Assembly (NCBI RefSeq): GCF_009914755.1
Contig: NC_060943.1
DNA length: 64,000 nt
From: the human T2T-CHM13v2.0 reference genome, Homo sapiens
Strand: one strand, 5' to 3'
In this document: positions 56,939 through 64,000 of the stretch, in pieces
How the letters are laid out: every line of letters starts with the position of its first letter
How positions within the stretch are numbered: position 1 is the stretch's first letter
Made by a program: the position numbers and the translations under genes
Notes under the pieces: model-generated
What the model was told of the DNA's origin: nothing
What the model saw: the letters and a program-made list of their open reading frames with translations, nothing else
The model's database searches: none

Positions 56939-57550
56939 ATCCCGGCAGCGGCTCCGCTGAAGGGCCCAGGCCCCTCTTCGTCCCCGTCACTACCTCACCA
57001 GGCCCCTCTGGGGGACAGCCCCCACCTGCCCTCCCCACACCCCACCCGGCCCCCTTCCCGCCCACCCTCCCGGCCACAGAGTGTGTCCCGCCCTCCCTCA
57101 GAGCCACCCTTGCACCCTTGCCCCCCACCCCAGGCCCCCCCAACTCTGCCTGGCATCTTTGTCATCCAAAACCAGCTAGGCGTTCCCCCGCCTGCCAGCA
57201 ACCCGGCCCCTACTGCCCCAGGCCCGCCGCAGCCGCCTCTCCGCCCCCAGTCCCAGCCGCCTGAGGGACCGCTGCCCCCAGCCCCCCACCTCCCTCCATC
57301 CTCCACCTCCTCTGCTGTGGCCTCCTCCTCTGAGACGTCCTCCAGGTTGCCAGCCCCTACGCCATCCGACTTCCAGCTCCAGTTCCCACCCAGCCAGGGG
57401 CCCCACAAGTCCCCCACTCCCCCTCCAACCCTCCACCTGGTCCCTGAGCCGGCAGCACCCCCCCCACCGCCTCCTCGGACCTTCCAGATGGTGACCACCC
57501 CCTTCCCAGCGCTGCCCCAGCCGAAGGCTCTTCTCGAGAGATTTCACCAG
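56939..57550 (+). CDS. BICRA: BICRA exon 8, proline-rich IPAAAPLK...LLERFHQ
   Basis: Pyrimidine tract with cccAG acceptor, CAG|gtaacg donor; 612 nt; within ORF 56357..57967. Confidence 0.95.
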
Positions 57551-57723
57551 GTAACGGGAGGCAGGGACTGCCCGCCCCATCAGCCCCATCCCATCCCACC
57601 CTCTCAGTCTGATGGGAGCCCCTCCGCCTTACGGCTCTGTGATCCTCCCCAGCCCTGCTGCGTCTGGACACCCCTACACCTAGCCTATGTTCCCCACCCC
57701 TCATCCACCTGTCCCCTCCTCAG

Positions 57724-57904
57724 GTGCCGTCCGGAATCATCCTCCAGAACAAGGCTGGGGGGGCCCCTGCCGCCCCGCAGACCTCCACCAGCCTGGGGCC
57801 CCTCACCAGCCCCGCTGCGTCTGTGCTGGTCAGTGGGCAGGCCCCATCTGGGACCCCCACTGCCCCCAGCCACGCCCCCGCCCCGGCACCCATGGCCGCC
57901 ACAG
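57724..57904 (+). CDS. BICRA: BICRA exon 9, VPSGIILQNK...PMAAT(G)
   Basis: cctcAG acceptor, CAG|gtagga donor; 181 nt. Confidence 0.93.
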
Positions 57905-58188
57905 GTAGGAGAGAGGTCGCCTATGTGCCCAGGGAGACGGGGCCTGAAGATGGGTGGGCGGGGCTGAGCAGGGAGAATGGGCTGGGGCAGGGCTGTGGGA
58001 CTCAGCACAGGGCATCAGCCAGAACTCAAGGGACACAGGAAGGCCAGAGGTGGCAGGGCTGGCCCCAGATTTGAAGGGCCGGAGGGCCAGGAGGAGAGCG
58101 GTGGGGTACAGGATGGGGCTCCCGTTTGAGGAGGGGGCCTTCATGCAGTGACCGCAGGCCCTGTCTCCCCCACCCCACCCACCCCCAG

Positions 58189-58298
58189 GCCTCCCTCCTC
58201 TGCTTCCAGCCGAGAACAAGGCTTTTGCCAGCAACCTCCCGACCCTGAATGTGGCCAAGGCCGCTTCCTCCGGGCCAGGGAAGCCCTCCGGGCTGCAG
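58189..58298 (+). CDS. BICRA: BICRA exon 10, (G)LPPLLPAENKAFASNLP...KPSGLQ
   Basis: ccccAG acceptor, CAG|gtaagg donor; 110 nt, restores phase 0. Confidence 0.93.
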
Positions 58299-59274
58299 GT
58301 AAGGGGCCCTTAGAGCAGGGGTCAGGACAGGACCAGGAGTCTTCGGGAACTGGGAACTGGGGCTGGCAGGGGCAGGGAGACACTGGAAGACGCGGACAGG
58401 ATGAAGCTGGGACCATCAGGCAGCTGAGACACCACGAACAGCCGTGCAGGGACAGGAAGGGCAGAATGACACCCAGACAGGCAGCCAGAGATGAGGGAGA
58501 AACACGGAGACGGTGGGACGGAGACGGCACCAAGACTACTGGCAACAGTGTAAGGGACTATGACTGGGGAAAGAGCAGGTGATATGGACACAGGACGGGA
58601 AGGACAGGGCTGAGATGACAAGATGTGAGCTCAGGACAGGAAAGGCGGGTTTAGATGAGACAGACCGGAGACGGAGCAGATCAGGGACCGAGAATGAAAG
58701 GGTGAGAGGGTGGGGACAGCTGAGGCCGAGGCCACTTGTAGATGTAAGACGTGGGGGAGACAGAAGACAAGGAGAGGAGCAGGTGGGAGGACCAGGACCC
58801 AAGAGGCCGGGAGAAGCTCAGAGATGGAGATGCCAGAATGAAGGCCAGACGCTGAGGACAAGAGGGGAAGCCAGGAAGGGAGGCGGGGGGGCGAAACGAC
58901 AGGAGCCACACTGGGAGAGAGACTGTGCGAGGCAGGGGCACTGGGTGCTGGGCGGTGATGTGGGAAGCAGGCATCCGGCAGAGGAGGGAGGTCACACAGA
59001 GGCAGCCCTGGGCGAGGGGACAGAGGGAACCCAGGCAGAGGACACCCAGGGCTCCAGCCTGCCTGTCACCCTCTCCGTCCACTCCCCAGCCCAGCCCAGG
59101 TCTTCCCCTGGGGTTCATTGTGATGGGCAGGGGATCCTGTAGCTGGGGCCAGGCCCCCACCTGGGTGAGACACTGGTCCCCTGTCCCGTCTTTATCCTAG
59201 GCTAGAGGGGAAGCTGGTCGGGGGAGGGAAGGCTTCTGGAGGCAAAGGCCTCTCACTCGCCTTTCTTCTCCCAG

Positions 59275-59336
59275 TATGAGAGCAAACTGAGTGGCCTGAA
59301 GAAGCCCCCCACGCTTCAGCCCAGCAAGGAAGCCTG
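59275..59336 (+). CDS. BICRA: BICRA exon 11, YESKLSGLKKPPTLQPSKEA(C)
   Basis: ttctcccAG acceptor, TG|gtgagt donor; 62 nt. Confidence 0.93.
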
Positions 59337-59768
59337 GTGAGTCCACACCCCATCCTTGCATGCCTGCCCTGTACCTTCCAGAGACCTGGGGGAGCATGGG
59401 GCCACCCTCCAGAAGCAGAGTTGGGCAGGCCCAAGTGCCAAGCCCAGCTCCACCTCTTGGTAGCGATGTAGTTCCCTCATAGACCCTCAGTTTCCCCCTC
59501 TGGAAAATGGGGTGACCAGAGAGTGGTGGAGGGAGGGTGGGCTGTGGCTCCGCCAGGCTGGGGCTCAGGAGGGCGGCAGTTTGGTCCATCCTGGTTGTTG
59601 CTGTGCCCTCCATGTCTCCCACACGGCTGGGCCGCGTCGGTGCTGAGCCCCACTGGGTGGGTGAAGTGATGGGTGGGGGAAGTGAGTGGGTGGACATGGC
59701 TGTTGGGAGGATGATGGGGGGGGTGTTTGGGGATGGATGGATGGGAGTCTGGGCGGATGGATGGGTAA

Positions 59769-60830
<1,062 letters not shown>

Positions 60831-61457
60831 GGAGTGTGAATTAAGTCCCCACTCAGTGCCCAGGCCTGAGCCCCATGTTGGGAACACAGGAGTAAGTGAC
60901 ACAAAGTCCCTGCCCCCACAGTGCAGAGAGGCTGCTGGTTTTTAGCCGAGGGTGGAGTTGGGCCTGCCTGGTGGGGGAGACAGTCACACTGCCAACAGAC
61001 AAAACCCATTGTAACATGGGCTACAAAAGCGGCCCGTGAGAAGACAGGATCCAGCCTCCCTCCCTTCTTCCCGAAGGCTGCACTTTGGAGGAGGCACGGT
61101 GGAGCCACACTGGCCCCAGGTGGCAGGAGGCAGAATAGCAGCTTCCAGGCTCTGGCCTCACTTCCCGCTCTGCTCTTCCTCCCTTACGTGCTTTGGAGAG
61201 GAGTGACTTCACTTCCTCGACCTCACCTTCCCTTTCTGTAAAATGGGGATAGCGATAGCACTGCTTTGGTCGGCCCCAGGGACTCAGTGAGATGGAACAA
61301 GCACGTTCAGTACATGGGAACACCACTGCCCAAGTATTCCCCTTCCCGCTGTTGTGTTCAGTTGCGGCCTGGGGCTGAGGGTTCAGGGACTTCCCCTGGC
61401 CCTCACCCGTCCCCCCCACCCTCCGCCGTGTGTGGTCTCTCCCCTTTCCACCCGCAG

Positions 61458-61606
61458 TTTCCTGGAGCATTTGCACAAACACCAGGGCTCCGTCCTGCAC
61501 CCCGACTACAAGACGGCCTTCCCCTCCTTTGAGGACGCCCTGCATCGCCTCCTGCCCTACCATGTCTACCAGGGCGCCCTCCCCTCCCCCAGTGACTACC
61601 ACAAAG
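61458..61606 (+). CDS. BICRA: BICRA exon 12, start of conserved GLTSCR1 domain (FLEHLHKHQGSVLHPDYKTAFPSFEDALHRLLPYHVY...)
   Basis: ccgcAG acceptor, AAG|gtgagg donor; the PDYxTxFxSxxDAxxRLLPYHV signature is typical of the GLTSCR1 domain family. Confidence 0.96.
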
Positions 61607-61788
61607 GTGAGGCCTCCCCAGGACACGGCCCTATATGTCCCAGGGGACCCCAGCCCGTGGGGCGGGGCGTCGCCAGTGTGGAGCCGCAGGTCCACGGTGC
61701 GCTATGCTGACCCTGCCCCGCCCTCCTTCCTGCGCATCCGCGGCCGCCCCCAACATCTCCGCCCTTGCCTCTCTTCCCTTCCTCGCAG

Positions 61789-61883
61789 TGGACGAGGAGT
61801 TTGAGACGGTCTCCACGCAGCTGCTGAAACGCACCCAGGCCATGCTCAATAAATATCGGCTCCTGCTCCTGGAGGAGTCCCGG
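61789..61883 (+). CDS. BICRA: BICRA exon 13, (V)DEEFETVSTQLLKRTQAMLNKYRLLLLEESR
   Basis: tcgcAG acceptor, CGG|gtaggg donor; 95 nt; GLTSCR1 domain helix. Confidence 0.95.
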
Positions 61884-62126
61884 GTAGGGTCAGAGTCGCC
61901 TTCCTCGCCTCTGGGCTCCTCCTCGCTGGGACACTGCCCCTTTCCCTCACCCGCTCTGGGCAAGGTGGAGCCTCCCGCCCCTCCTAGCCCCGGGAGGGAG
62001 GTTGGGAGGGAGGCGGGAGCTCCCATCACAAGGACAGTTTGGACCTTGCACGCATCGTCCCCGTCGCTCGCGCCCCTTCCCCCTTCTTGCTGGTTCACTC
62101 GCACGTCGTCTTTTCCCCCACCCCAG

Positions 62127-62229
62127 AGGGTGAGCCCCTCAGCGGAGATGGTAATGATCGACCGAATGTTCATTCAGGAGGAGAAGACCACCCTTGCCTT
62201 GGATAAACAGCTGGCCAAGGAGAAGCCGG
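62127..62229 (+). CDS. BICRA: BICRA exon 14, RVSPSAEMVMIDRMFIQEEKTTLALDKQLAKEKP; the CDS continues beyond the window
   Basis: ccccAG acceptor, CGG|gtgaga donor; 103 nt; no stop codon reached. Confidence 0.95.
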
Positions 62230-63138
62230 GTGAGAGGGGGGAGTGAGAGGGGAGGGGAGGGAGAGGTGCCCCCACCCCACCTGGGCAGAAGAGTTAGATT
62301 CAGGGCGGGGAGTGGGTGTGTGGCCCTACCTCACTCCACCACTAGGCGGTGCCCCAGCTCCACCTTCCTGCTGGCAGCTGTGCCTCCCCTGACCTCCCGC
62401 CTCTCAGACCAGATAGCCCACATCCATCTTCCTCCATCCCTGTGTGGCCCTTCCACCCCCACCACTCTGGGATGGGGGGAATATTTCTGCCACCCCCGTG
62501 GGACACAAAACAGGAGAGCAGGCGCCTAGGTTGCAAAATATATAAGGTAACGCCCACTCTTGGGTGCCAGTCCTTTGCTTGGGGACCCTGAGAGTGAGCA
62601 CCTCCTTAAGTGTTGCACCTTAGGTGGCTCGCTGGCCTCACTCTAGTCTCCTGTCTGCAGGAAACGGTACAGGCAGATCCCAGCTGCCAGAGTTTCCAGA
62701 ATATTCCCTTAGCCTTTGCCCACATTCCAACTCCAGGGCTTCCCTGGATAAAAGCATGGTCCCTGCTTTGTGCTGCCAGGCGCAGGCTTTTTACGTCGAG
62801 CTCTGGACCTTAATTTTGAAAAAGTAGTCATTGGTACTTAAATGAGTGCAAAGGGGTGGCCATAGTGAAGGAGGGGCCAGGAGCGAGTCTGAAGTCTCTA
62901 GGGTAGGAGAGGAAGGGTAGTTCCGTGGTTAGGGGCTCGATGCTGGAGTCTTGGTTTAAATCCTGGCTCTGCCACTTACTAACTGTGTGACCTTGGGCAA
63001 GTTACTTACCTTCTCTGTGTCTCTGTATTCTCATTTTGTAAAGTGGGGGTTATGATGATCAGCTTACAATCTCTTATCTGACACCCTCGGGGCCTGATAT
63101 GTTCTGGAATCTTTTTGCTTTTAGAAAGGCAATGAGCT

Positions 63139-63182
63139 CACTCCAGCCTGGGCGACAGAGCGAGACTCCGTCTCAAAAAAAA
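63139..63182 (+). mobile_element. Extremely 5'-truncated Alu (44 bp) with a perfect 16-bp TSD
   Basis: cactccagcctgggcgacagagcgagactccgtctc plus A tail, flanked by agaaaggcaatgagct at 63123-63138 and 63183-63198. Confidence 0.9.
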
Positions 63183-63355
63183 AGAAAGGCAATGAGCTAC
63201 CTCAATGCTGTCTTCTGATTTACCCCCAGTGGGTTTGGGGAAGCACTGTGTGATCAAACACACTAGTATTTCTGGAGTGAAATCGATGGGTATCCAGAGT
63301 AGTTGAGATAAATCATGACCATAAATAACCTCATGTAGCCGGGTGTGGTGGCTCA

Positions 63356-63613
<258 letters not shown>

Positions 63614-64000
63614 TCAAAAAAACAAACAAACAAACAAACAAAAAACCTCATGTCATTTCGGACCAGATTTTGAAATTAGATACCTCCTTAGCCCCATTTT
63701 TAAAAAGTTATGTATATAATTAGAGCAGTGCTGTCCAATAGAACTTCATATTTTATTTATTGTTTTTTTGTTTGTTTGTTTGTAGAGACAGGGGTCTCAC
63801 TACTGTGGCCAGGCAGGTCTCAAACTCCTGGGCTCAAGCGATCCCCCTCCCTTGGCCTCCCAAAGTGCTGGGATTACAGGCCTGAGCCTTGTTTTGTATT
63901 CTCTTAATTTACTTATGTCTGAATGAGCCCCACGTGGCTCGTGGCGCTGTGCCAGGCACAGTGGTTTTAGAGTTGGGGGAATTTGGGCCTTGCTGAAGAG

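Noticed and set aside
57551-57723. Stop-free intron 8 within the 536-aa ORF
   Set aside because: 173 nt is not a multiple of 3; retention would frameshift to a stop at 57967.

Overview
Human (primate) genomic DNA, very Alu-dense, containing the central part of BICRA (GLTSCR1), the defining subunit of the non-canonical BAF/GBAF chromatin-remodelling complex (chr19q13.3 from memory), on the + strand. About 1-33266 is repeat-rich intron. Then come a 102-nt non-coding exon (33267-33368), the ATG exon (ATG at 36399) and 11 further coding exons to 62229. All introns are GT-AG with consistent phases, giving 3595 nt of CDS (about residues 1-1198); the first and last exons lie outside the window. Exon numbers assume one upstream exon. 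Nearly all other ORFs in the track are Alu, low-complexity or GC-shadow artefacts. The most unusual observation is a 161-bp, ungapped, 91%-identical inverted copy of BICRA exon-6 coding sequence (42940-43100) sitting 1.5 kb upstream in intron 5 (41254-41414), inside an Alu monomer. It could fold back on the exon in the pre-mRNA as an editing-complementary sequence or splicing hairpin. Other findings: a stop-free in-frame intron 13, a 4-codon uORF, a possible intron-7 start for a C-terminal isoform, a coding C8 run, repeated Alu insertion at the same site of two MER82 copies, two micro-retroinsertions with perfect TSDs, and a 31/32-bp G-rich VNTR. Repeat family names come from recalled consensus sequences and their boundaries are approximate.
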